The position numbers and the translations under genes were made by a program. A DNA stretch of 32,000 bases, taken from NCBI RefSeq assembly GCF_001412615.1, contig NZ_CP013011.1:1470001-1502000 (forward strand). Reading direction: 5' to 3'. Shown here one piece after another: positions 17,350 through 24,899 of the stretch. How positions within the stretch are numbered: the first letter of the stretch is position 1; the number at the start of each line of letters is the position of its first letter. The notes beneath the pieces are model-generated. The model worked only from the letters and a program-made list of their open reading frames with translations, did no database searches and was not told the origin of the DNA. This stretch comes from Pyrodictium delaneyi (lineage in GTDB: Archaea > Thermoproteota > Thermoprotei_A > Sulfolobales > Pyrodictiaceae).

Positions 17350-18457
17350 GCTCTGCCCCCGCTAGGCTCATTATTCTTTCATACTCCTCTTCAATTGCAG
17401 TTACCATCTCCTCTATGTTCATGCCGCGGACGGCTGCTAGGACGAGCGAGCCGCCAGCGCCTACGCCCTCCTTCACGTATCCTTCCTCGTAGGTCCTTAG
17501 TCCGGGATACTTGGAGCCGGAGAGAGAAAAGTCGGCAGCGATTACTGGCACAGCTGGCGCCACATCATGGACAAGCCCAGAGATGTCAGAGGACTTGTCA
17601 CGGATTATCCAGGGCGTAGTAGCTATCGCTACTTGGTCTAGCACCTTGGGCTCTACCGCCTTTAGTATTGCCAGGACTGACACCATCTGGGTACCACCTG
17701 CGAGAACTACCTTTGCCCCCGCCTCCACCGCGCCCGCTGCAAGCCCCGCCAGCGACACGTGAACCGGGTCGCCTACAGCCTCAACCACCCCGAATACGTC
17801 TTCAGACCCACTCAGCCGGGCTAGCGCTGCCCGCACTACCTGTCCACGAAGCCCATGAGGGTTCTGAACCGAGCTGCTACTAACCCTGCCCAGCGCCCGG
17901 TAGCCCAGAGCTTCGAGCACAGCCGCCGCTACGGTAGTGCCCCCTGGTATAGTCTCGCCTACCACCAATGCATCATGACCATGAGCCAGAGTGGCGCCAA
18001 GCAAACGGGCCTCCATGTAGAGCTGTTTGGCAACGCCTCTGGGGAGCGCAGGCTCGACATCTATCCTGCCGCCCATCCGTCGCGAAGGAAGTGCCACATG
18101 AGGCACGCGAGGCGGCGAACTACAGCCAGCGTCAACCACGAGGACAGGGAGGCCGAGCCTATATACTAGGGCCCTGGTTATCACCGCTGGCGTTGGCAGC
18201 CCCTCCGGCGTCACTGGAACCACGTTGAGCGTAATAGGCTTGCCAGCAAGTAGGTATTCAACATCAAGTATTGGAGTAAGCATAGTTGCCTCCGGGTTAG
18301 GCCCAGCGACACTAATCCCGGGGATTGTTGATGTCCTTGTACTTCCAGCTACTATTACGAAAATGACGCGGCCCTGCAATGCATCAATGAAACCATGAGC
18401 TTGACCGACGTAACCCTCGACTCTTATTCCGCCAATCATATCTCTTTGGCCGACCAA
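17330..18457 (-). CDS. cobT: nicotinate-nucleotide--dimethylbenzimidazole phosphoribosyltransferase, archaeal CobT (UPF0284) type
   Basis: 375 aa. AGSTRTSTIPGISVAGP and VPVTPEGLPTPAVITRA match the archaeal CobT/UPF0284 family. It is the first gene of the minus-strand cob operon. Start is TTG 18457 or ATG 18439. Confidence 0.8.
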   Translation of the reverse strand: MVGQRDMIGGIRVEGYVGQAHGFIDALQGRVIFVIVAGSTRTSTIPGISVAGPNPEATMLTPILDVEYLLAGKPITLNVVPVTPEGLPTPAVITRALVYRLGLPVLVVDAGCSSPPRVPHVALPSRRMGGRIDVEPALPRGVAKQLYMEARLLGATLAHGHDALVVGETIPGGTTVAAAVLEALGYRALGRVSSSSVQNPHGLRGQVVRAALARLSGSEDVFGVVEAVGDPVHVSLAGLAAGAVEAGAKVVLAGGTQMVSVLAILKAVEPKVLDQVAIATTPWIIRDKSSDISGLVHDVAPAVPVIAADFSLSGSKYPGLRTYEEGYVKEGVGAGGSLVLAAVRGMNIEEMVTAIEEEYERIMSLAGAERDRDRS

Positions 18458-18714
18458 CCCTACATCAACCCCAATAAACCTTGGACCCTAGGTCCAATAT
18501 TTAGCAACATTAGGTTAAGCAACAAGATCCATATCAACCAATCACGACTTACGAGAGCCGGGGGCAAGATGTAGCTAACCTACATGCTTCAAACAAGCTT
18601 TATCAAGAAATTCAACAAAGAAAAATACCTAACGCACACCATATAGCATTAAGCTAGGTAAGTAGGTAAGAACAGAGCCGGTTTTAGGCCTAAGATTACC
18701 AGTCAGAATGTATT

Positions 18715-18793
18715 CCGGGCCGTTGAGGTGTGCACGTCAGCCCGAAGCCCGGGCCCAGGGCCATGTGGGCTACGGCCGTGAGCCGAGGCCCAC
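18715..18793. ncRNA. GC-rich double-hairpin island in an AT-rich intergenic region (candidate small RNA or leader; unassigned)
   Basis: Hairpin A pairs CCGGGC (18715-18720) with GCCCGG (18747-18752). Hairpin B pairs GTGGGC (18765-18770) with GCCCAC (18788-18793) and has an inner stem CGGC/GCCG (18773-18776 / 18782-18785). It is followed by TTCCTTTT. The strand is undetermined. Confidence 0.2.
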
Positions 18794-18844
18794 TTCCTTT
18801 TAGGAGCTAGAGCTAAGTGCCGTAGTGCCTGAGGCGACATGTCT

Positions 18845-19711
18845 ATGTGCCGCCTTGTAGCAGGTGTTGCGTGGAACAGAGAAGGCTCTGGCACTCTAGC
18901 CGAGCTCATACGTCTGCTCGCCAAGGCCGCCTCTAATGACCCCTACCTCGCAGCTATTACTGGTGGCGAAGCCCGGCACTGCCATGGGCTAGGGTTTCTC
19001 CTCGTCTTAGGCATTGGTACGAGCTGGCGTGTAATTTACGAGCGTTTTGACGCATTAACACACGACATAGATGAAGAAGAGGCATGTCAAGCCAATCTAG
19101 ATGTGCTACGGGGGATAGTTGAACATGTTGCTGGACTCATTTCCACCTCTGAACGAGCATACGTTATAGTGCATGCGCGGCGAGCCGGCCGAAGCGAACC
19201 ACGTGGCTCGCTAAATGCACACCCCTTCGTAGTAACACTTGAACAGCCTGAAGCAAGTCTCGAACTCTACCTCGCGCATAACGGCGGCCTACACAAGGAT
19301 GTGCTAGGAGAGCGGCTGGGTGTAAATCCGAGCGCCTATACAGACAGCCACCTTCTGGCCATGTATCTTGTTAGACGCCTCCAAATGGGAGTATCCCTAA
19401 GCGATGCCATAGCTGAGGCCCGGGAATTCACTAAGTCTGGGCTTGATCTCGCAATAGCTCTGCTCGATAGAGGAGCTAACGGAGTAAAACCAACCCTCTA
19501 TCTAGTAGGCTACATGAAGCCTGGGCTAGACGAGAACCGGCAGAAGTATTACGAGCCAATAGGCTTCCTAGGTGACGGAACTGCTGGATATGTATCTTCG
19601 ACCATCCGCGATCTAGCCATAGATAAGGGTCTACCACTGAAGTTTGAACGTATATGGGGTGTATACGAGGCGGAAATAGAACACGGTTTGAGAAAACTAA
19701 AGGATCTTTAG
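18845..19711 (+). CDS. class-II (Ntn-type) glutamine amidotransferase domain protein
   Basis: The ORF track starts at 18839 (MSMCRL). A start at the second ATG (18845) gives MCRLVAG with the catalytic Cys directly after Met. HARRAG, NAHPF, LAHNGG and TDSH blocks fit stand-alone class-II GATases. Confidence 0.75.
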   Translation: MCRLVAGVAWNREGSGTLAELIRLLAKAASNDPYLAAITGGEARHCHGLGFLLVLGIGTSWRVIYERFDALTHDIDEEEACQANLDVLRGIVEHVAGLISTSERAYVIVHARRAGRSEPRGSLNAHPFVVTLEQPEASLELYLAHNGGLHKDVLGERLGVNPSAYTDSHLLAMYLVRRLQMGVSLSDAIAEAREFTKSGLDLAIALLDRGANGVKPTLYLVGYMKPGLDENRQKYYEPIGFLGDGTAGYVSSTIRDLAIDKGLPLKFERIWGVYEAEIEHGLRKLKDL

Positions 19712-19720
19712 CTATACCTG

Positions 19721-19733
19721 TTCTATCTTTTCT
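19721..19733 (+). terminator. T-rich tract TTCTATCTTTTCT just after the amidotransferase stop
   Basis: Pyrimidine/T-rich run about 10 nt past the stop at 19709-19711. Archaeal termination commonly uses T-runs. Confidence 0.35.
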
Positions 19734-19871
19734 GGTGTGAAACATCAATAAATCAATTAACGAGAGGTTTTCCCAGTATCTTCGACGTTTGGGTAACGTT
19801 ATCCAGCTATGTTACTATATCCCGTGGGCTACGGAGCCGCGTTACATAATATTCCCCCTGCAGGGCATTGT

Positions 19872-19990
19872 GGAGGTTGAACCCGCGGGGCGGGTGAGGT
19901 AGTAGGGACGTACCGACACAGCCCCCAGGGTGAGGAGTGGTGGAGCGACCCTGACGCCCCGCGCAAGAAATGACAGCTTGGGTTGACTCC
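19872..19990. ncRNA. unassigned structured element: long-range helix enclosing two hairpins (candidate ncRNA)
   Basis: Read directly. GGAG (19872-75) pairs with CTCC (19987-90). AACCC (19880-84) pairs with GGGTT (19980-84). GCGGGGCG (19885-92) pairs with CGCCCCGC (19955-62). The inner hairpins are GGGAC/GCCCC and CAGGG (19926-30) / CCCTG (19949-53). The element lies in a 508-bp gap with no credible ORF. Confidence 0.25.
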
Positions 19991-20219
19991 AATACACCGA
20001 CACAATACATTGTCTTGACGCATCAATCCTACTAGTGGTATTATGGTATAGTTTGCCGCCTGGAGAAGAGACGCTGCGTGTACAAAGCCTTGCTTCCAAT
20101 AATAAACACTCAAAATATGTATTCACACGTTAAAGTATTATTAAGAGTGGGACACGGAATTCTCCGGAATACTATTAAAACAAGTCAGCGTATAACAAGG
20201 TTTTAGTGGGCGATGAATA

Positions 20220-20654
20220 TTGACAGCTAGCAGCACAACACCTGCTAGCACGGGCCTAGCATGTCCAGAACTCAATGAGGGAGTATTTGCTTACGATCCC
20301 CAGCGAGGATGGATTCGAACTTCCCCACCCGAGAAGCCAGAAAACACACTATTCATATTCGTCAACATCTTTTGTAGGCATGCTTGTAACGAGTTACTTA
20401 ACCGACTCCGAGAAAAAGCAGGGGGCTCTCTAGTCCGTAATGTTGAGATGTACCTGGTAGTGTGCACCAGGTTCCATAAGGTCTGCAGCGACGCTACCGC
20501 GGAAAGCTTGTTTCGCACACACGATATTATCGCAAGCCCTGCAATAGTACTTTATCTTGGAGGAAGACAAGTCGTAAAGCTTCAAGGGAGTCTACGTATC
20601 GAGAGAGAACTCGACAAGCTCGTGAGCATGATAAACCCGGCCCGAGGCCATTAG
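20220..20654 (+). CDS. thioredoxin-fold protein with atypical C-R-H-A-C (CxxxC) site
   Basis: 144 aa with a TTG start; a TATAAC box at 20191-20196 is at leaderless distance. The order of thioredoxin-fold elements is recognisable: LFIFVN (beta1), FCRHACNELLNRL (active-site helix), MYLVVC, the cis-Pro region SPAIVLYLGGRQVVKLQG, and a C-terminal helix. Confidence 0.55.
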   Translation: MTASSTTPASTGLACPELNEGVFAYDPQRGWIRTSPPEKPENTLFIFVNIFCRHACNELLNRLREKAGGSLVRNVEMYLVVCTRFHKVCSDATAESLFRTHDIIASPAIVLYLGGRQVVKLQGSLRIERELDKLVSMINPARGH

Positions 20655-20715
20655 CTCTGAGGGTTTACTTGATAGGGGTGTCCAGTATCTCGTTTCTAGC
20701 TGGTGCGTATAAGCC

Positions 20716-21825
20716 TTGACAGAGCCTGGCTCCAGTAGGCTTCTTGGGAAACCTTATGTTCGTGAAGCCGAGCTATGGGGGCCACTAAGTGATCGACCAG
20801 GGTTCGTACGTTGCAACCTTTGTGCCCGGCGCTGTGTGATAGCGCCGGGCAAGTACGGCGTCTGTGGTGTCCGTAAGAACATTGACGGAAAGCTTTACAC
20901 TCTAGTTTATGGACTATTGACTGCTATGAATATTGATCCTATTGAGAAGAAACCTATGTTCCATTTTGAACCTGGTAGTCAAGTACTCTCTATAAGCACT
21001 GTAGGCTGCAGCTTTTACTGCATGTTCTGCCAGAACTGGGAGATCAGTCAATCAAGGTTAGAGCAAGGACTCTATGGCCGCTATGTGCCGCCGGAAGAAG
21101 TTGTAGAGAAGGCCCTAGAATATGGCGCTGACGGTATAGCTTACACGTATAACGAGCCCACGATATTCTTCGAGTACATGAGGGACGTGGCCCGGTTAGC
21201 TAAGAAGCATGGACTCTATAATATGATGGTGACTAATGGCTATGCAACACCCGAGGCAATAAGAGAGCTGGCCCCTTACATCGACGCTGCCACTGTTGAC
21301 TTCAAGGGTGGAGGCAACCCCGAGTTCTACCGCAAGTTTATGGCAGTCCCTGATCCTTCGCCAATCTACACTGCCATGGAAGAGATGAAGCGGGCGGGCT
21401 GGTTCATAGAGGTCACAAATCTCGTTGTACCCAAGTATGGTGACCACGAGAATGATGTCAGGAGGCTCGCGCGCTGGATAGTCGAAAAGCTAGGCCCAGA
21501 AACGCCGTTTCATCTGCTACGCTTCCACCCTGACTTCCGCCTCCAGAACTTGCCGCCAACACCGGTCGAGACCCTGGAAAAGCTAGCAGAGGCAGCCAAG
21601 GAGGAAGGACTCCAGTACGTTTACATCGGAAACGTCTGGGGTCACCCATTAGAGAACACCTATTGTCCTCGCTGCGGCTATACGGTGATAGAGAGGAGAG
21701 GTTTCACTATATTGGCCTGGAGGCTCACAAAAGACAACCGCTGTCAAAATTGTGGCACGAAGATCAATATCCGGGGTCGCTTCCACGGAAGTGGAGGCGG
21801 TATTCTACCCTTGTTAGTATACTAG
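20716..21825 (+). CDS. amrS: AmmeMemoRadiSam-system-type radical SAM enzyme (PflA-like activase fold)
   Basis: 369 aa. CNLCARRCVIAPGKYGVCGVRKNIDGKLYTLVYG and DPIEKKPMFHFEPGSQVLSISTVGCSFYCMFCQNWEISQ (CX3CX2C cluster) follow the AmrS family pattern closely. A C-terminal CPRCG...CQNCG zinc-ribbon-like pair is also present. Confidence 0.85.
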   Translation: MTEPGSSRLLGKPYVREAELWGPLSDRPGFVRCNLCARRCVIAPGKYGVCGVRKNIDGKLYTLVYGLLTAMNIDPIEKKPMFHFEPGSQVLSISTVGCSFYCMFCQNWEISQSRLEQGLYGRYVPPEEVVEKALEYGADGIAYTYNEPTIFFEYMRDVARLAKKHGLYNMMVTNGYATPEAIRELAPYIDAATVDFKGGGNPEFYRKFMAVPDPSPIYTAMEEMKRAGWFIEVTNLVVPKYGDHENDVRRLARWIVEKLGPETPFHLLRFHPDFRLQNLPPTPVETLEKLAEAAKEEGLQYVYIGNVWGHPLENTYCPRCGYTVIERRGFTILAWRLTKDNRCQNCGTKINIRGRFHGSGGGILPLLVY

Positions 21826-21896
21826 CTGGTTGGAATTAGACATCGACTATCCGATTTCACCGGATATGGGTTAGCTGAGACGCTATTTGCCATAGG

Positions 21897-21905
21897 TTTT
21901 TATTC
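21897..21905 (+). promoter_or_regulatory. TATA-like box TTTTTATTC upstream of the HTH/coiled-coil gene
   Basis: Its centre is about 27-30 nt upstream of GTG 21930 and 38 nt upstream of ATG 21939, consistent with a leaderless or near-leaderless transcript. Confidence 0.4.
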
Positions 21906-21929
21906 AAGAGACTTGGAACCTATATACTG

Positions 21930-22514
21930 GTGGAGTGCATGAGTGCGCAGACTGAGCTAAAGATACGTGAGGTCATTGTACCGGTAGAGGTCCCGGTAAG
22001 ACCGGTCTCTAAAAGGGAGATCAAGCAGCTAGAGGCCATGCTTATAATAGGCACGCTATTCCGGCCGGACGTTATCCAGGCAGCACTCAACAAGGAGGAA
22101 TTCCTGACCTGGGTTGACAGTCTCGCAGTCGCAGCCGCTGCTCTCGCTATGGAGAAGGCGGGATATACTGTGAGCCAGATAGCAGAGGAGTTAGGACGTA
22201 CCGAGGCCACAATACGTCGTCACCTAAAGGGCGAGACTAAAGCCGGGAAGCTAGTAAGAGAAACCTACGAGATGCTAGTCCGGGGTGAGCTGAAGCTAGC
22301 TGTACCCATAGTGAGCCCAGAAGCCGAGGAGGAGCTAAGACAACTACACGAGCAAGTCCAGAAGCTAGAGGAGGAAATCAAGCAGCTACGTTCCGAGAAT
22401 ACCGAGTTACGCGAAAAGCTAGGAAAACTAGATGAAGCCGTGAAGAGGGCTGCCGGAAAGCTAGAGGAAGCGGAGAAGGCGGTACGTGAGGCGCGTGAAG
22501 CCCTCACAGTCTAG
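21930..22514 (+). CDS. HTH DNA-binding protein with C-terminal coiled coil (putative transcription regulator)
   Basis: 194 aa; the alternative start ATG 21939 gives MSAQTELK. The HTH segment is GYTVSQIAEELGRTEATIRRHLKG. The last ~65 aa are heptad-like and E/K/L-rich (LRQLHEQVQKLEEEIKQLRSENTELREKLGKL). Confidence 0.6.
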   Translation: MECMSAQTELKIREVIVPVEVPVRPVSKREIKQLEAMLIIGTLFRPDVIQAALNKEEFLTWVDSLAVAAAALAMEKAGYTVSQIAEELGRTEATIRRHLKGETKAGKLVRETYEMLVRGELKLAVPIVSPEAEEELRQLHEQVQKLEEEIKQLRSENTELREKLGKLDEAVKRAAGKLEEAEKAVREAREALTV

Positions 22515-22522
22515 GTACACGA

Positions 22523-22540
22523 CTTTCTGTTTTATTTTAT
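22523..22540 (+). terminator. T-rich tract CTTTCTGTTTTATTTTAT after the HTH gene
   Basis: It starts about 9 nt after the stop at 22512-22514 and contains two T4 runs. Confidence 0.4.
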
Positions 22541-22688
22541 GTCCTAATGTTTCATATCCCAATTCCATAACCTTGTTCTAAGTGATTCACTAGACAATAC
22601 AGCCCAGCATCTCTTATGCTTCTATGGTTACTTTTATCACCCCTAACTGCTCCCTGCCATCGTGGAGTTTGGAGCTTGATCCATCTAC

Positions 22689-23504
22689 ATGCTTCCTCGC
22701 CTATATCGTTTAAAGGTGGGCGATAGGGCCTTGGGAGAAAAACCCATACTCTACATCCACCCAACATGTGCTACCAGCTACGAGGTCGTGAGACACCTAG
22801 CATCGAAAGGGTTACTGGACGGTGTCAAACTAGTCTCTACATCCCAGCCCGGCGCTTCAGCTGTACTGCGTGAAGCTGTCTGGAGCGTCCCTTGGCTTGT
22901 TGTGGAAGGTGTGCCTGTGGCTACAGACCCAGTGTCTCCCAAAGAGGTAGAGTCTATCCTTCTTGGCGAGGGGCCCCTAGAGAGGAGTGACCCTGTCCAG
23001 GAGTTCATGGAGGCTGTACTGCATAGCGCCTATGCTGCCGCCGTCTCGTATCTCCATGGTAGCATAGAGCCAGTAATAGACACCGCTTTTGTATCGGCTG
23101 CTACTCGTGCACCGTTGCGTGGCCTCGACGTGGAGGAGATATCGAGAGAAATCCAGAGTCGAGCGGGAGAGCTCTACGCTGAGTGGGAGGATAAGCTGAT
23201 GAGAGCTCTCGGTATCTCCTTTGTGAGAGAGCTTTGGTGGGCTTCTCGGGGCGAGCTATCGAAGGAGAAGCTGCGCGAGCTAGCATCACCAGAGAACGTT
23301 GGGCTCTGGCTAATAGCTAAGGCTAGTATTGGGCGTAACGGTCTCCCCGACAAGCCCCTACCGGACCAGGAGAGGCTTGAGAAGCTTGCAGGCTTTGTTC
23401 AGCGGGGCGCAGCTGGGCTACTCTCGAGGATAAAGAGGGAGCAAGAGAAGATACTCGGAGACGAAGAGTACTGGAGGCTCTTGGCTGAGAAGTTATCCGG
23501 CTAG
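22689..23504 (+). CDS. glutaredoxin/thioredoxin-like N-terminal domain (single Cys, C-A-T-S) fused to a ~180-aa helical domain; function unknown
   Basis: 271 aa. KPILYIHPTCATSYEVVRHL and WSVPWLVVEGVPVA give a beta-CxxS-alpha ... cisPro-beta-beta pattern. C27 is the only Cys in the protein. The start may be TTG 22731 (MGEKPILYIHPTC), which is preceded by TTTAAAGGTGG. The 3' end overlaps the convergent UPF0210 gene by 12 nt. Confidence 0.55.
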   Translation: MLPRLYRLKVGDRALGEKPILYIHPTCATSYEVVRHLASKGLLDGVKLVSTSQPGASAVLREAVWSVPWLVVEGVPVATDPVSPKEVESILLGEGPLERSDPVQEFMEAVLHSAYAAAVSYLHGSIEPVIDTAFVSAATRAPLRGLDVEEISREIQSRAGELYAEWEDKLMRALGISFVRELWWASRGELSKEKLRELASPENVGLWLIAKASIGRNGLPDKPLPDQERLEKLAGFVQRGAAGLLSRIKREQEKILGDEEYWRLLAEKLSG

Positions 23505-24881
23505 GAGGCGGCGTAGCGGCGCCGGTATACGGCCTCCCCTTTCTATGAACTTTTCCATCCTGCCCGGCCCTGGGTCCATCACGGGCGCTTCTCCTAGAAG
23601 ACCGCCTAGCTCTATTGTATCTCCGGGCTTTTTGCCGGGTGCCGGGAGTAAGCGTACTCCCAGGATCTTGTCTTGCACCATGCCGAGCACTAGTACGTCA
23701 GCTATAAGTCCGGCTAGCTTTCTCCAGTCAACGTCGCCTGGCACTGGAACCATGTCGAGACCCGTGCTACAAACACCAGTCATAGCTATGAGCTTGTATA
23801 TCGTAACTAGTCCACGGGCAACTGCAGCTGCTATACCACTGTCCTCGGAGACGGGTATCATGGCGCCACTGTATCCGCCGGCGCAGCAGACCCCCATAGC
23901 CCCGCCTTTACGGAGAGCATCTATCAACATTGCGAGCGCCGCTATGCTGCCGGGTGCGCCGAACTCGACACCCATAGCTTCCAGAATGTCTGCAATGCTG
24001 TCGCCAGGCTCTGGTGTAGGCGCAAGCGAGAGATCCACGCTGCCTATCCTGTAGCCGCTCGCCGCCGCTACCCGCTCGGCGACGAGCTGGCCGAACCTCG
24101 CGACCTTGAAGCCTATCCTCTTCAGCTCCTCGTAGAGCCTCTCCAGGGGTGCGTCCCGGGGCATACCCTGGAGGACGGCAGCCACCACACTAGGCCCACT
24201 GATGGCCACGTTTACTACTCCGTCAGCCTCACCTAGCCCGTGGTGAGCAGCAGGCAGGAACGGTATATCGGGTGCTACGTTGACTGTTACGAGGAACTTC
24301 GCGCCTGGCAGTGGGCTGTCTGCACGCCGAGTAGCATCAAGAATTAGCTGCGCTGAAGCAGCAACAGCATCCATGTTAAGGCCGAGCTGAGTGGAAGCCG
24401 CATTCACAAATCCCATGACTCTCTCTGTCTCGACTAGCACCCGGGGAAGTGCTTCTACCACCGCCCGGCCGCCTGCACTGAGCCCCCGATCCGCGAACGC
24501 TGCAAAACCGCCAATGTAGTCTACTCCCACTCTCGTGACTGTCTTGTCGATCTCGACCGCAACCTCCACACCGGTATCCGCTGCCTTCCCCACCCCATGG
24601 GCCGCTGCCACGGGCGCCAGCACGGTTTCGAAAGGGGTTAGTGCAATCCTCACCGTGGTTATGGGTACTCCTAGCCGTGCTGCGACAGTGTCTACTGCTC
24701 TGCGTATGCGTCGTCCGTGGCTCTCTACGAGATCCCGGAGACAGTCTACTACCTCGTTTGGCCGGGGCGAGGCACATAGACTCGCATCTATGCTGAGGGT
24801 GACGCTGCGGACGTCAAGGCTACGGTAGCGTATCATCTCAGCTACTTCTGTTATCTCAGCTATGCTGAAACGCCATGTCAC
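23493..24881 (-). CDS. UPF0210 (DUF711) family protein, function unknown
   Basis: 462 aa with a GTG start. The N-terminus IAEITEVAEMIRYRSLDVRSVTLSI fits the UPF0210 pattern (i.e...mI....lDiRtiTlgi). Size and Gly/Ala-rich composition are typical. It lies directly downstream of the ACT gene, as in other genomes. Confidence 0.82.
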   Translation of the reverse strand: MTWRFSIAEITEVAEMIRYRSLDVRSVTLSIDASLCASPRPNEVVDCLRDLVESHGRRIRRAVDTVAARLGVPITTVRIALTPFETVLAPVAAAHGVGKAADTGVEVAVEIDKTVTRVGVDYIGGFAAFADRGLSAGGRAVVEALPRVLVETERVMGFVNAASTQLGLNMDAVAASAQLILDATRRADSPLPGAKFLVTVNVAPDIPFLPAAHHGLGEADGVVNVAISGPSVVAAVLQGMPRDAPLERLYEELKRIGFKVARFGQLVAERVAAASGYRIGSVDLSLAPTPEPGDSIADILEAMGVEFGAPGSIAALAMLIDALRKGGAMGVCCAGGYSGAMIPVSEDSGIAAAVARGLVTIYKLIAMTGVCSTGLDMVPVPGDVDWRKLAGLIADVLVLGMVQDKILGVRLLPAPGKKPGDTIELGGLLGEAPVMDPGPGRMEKFIERGGRIPAPLRRLLAG

Positions 24882-24899
24882 GCTTGGATCCCCGCCTCT

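Noticed and set aside
18765-18775. Shared 11-mer GTGGGCTACGG at 18765-18775 and 19824-19834, flanking the amidotransferase gene (possible att-like direct repeat).
   Set aside because: Many 11-mer coincidences are expected by chance in 32 kb. The similarity does not extend without gaps, and no integrase or other mobile-element gene lies between the copies.
18713-18795. tRNA or tRNA fragment (the minus strand reads GGCCGTAGCCCA, similar to a tRNA 5' end).
   Set aside because: There is no T-loop (GTTCRAAT) and no cloverleaf with correct arm spacing.
18703-18924. 73-aa minus-strand ORF overlapping the amidotransferase start.
   Set aside because: It is Arg/Pro/Ala-rich, overlaps a gene with clear Ntn-amidotransferase motifs, and covers the GC-rich hairpin island.
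19869-19990. H/ACA guide RNA on the minus strand: the long hairpin closes with GGAG/CUCC and is followed immediately by ACA (19871-19869).
   Set aside because: The would-be pseudouridylation pocket is one-sided (16 nt on the 5' side, 0 on the 3' side). The interior is a three-way junction rather than a single upper stem, and I see no convincing K-turn or K-loop.
19860-19995. SRP RNA, RNase P RNA or 5S rRNA identity for the structured element.
   Set aside because: There is no GGAAAGUCC-type P4 sequence. There is no GGAA-tetraloop helix-8 motif: CCAGG...GGAGCGAC is only a partial resemblance with no intervening stem. There are no 5S loop motifs. The element is too short for SRP or RNase P RNA.
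19807-20126. Three overlapping minus-strand ORFs (67, 94 and 94 aa) in all three frames.
   Set aside because: Simultaneous openness of all three frames indicates local stop-codon depletion on that strand rather than coding. None of the translations looks protein-like.
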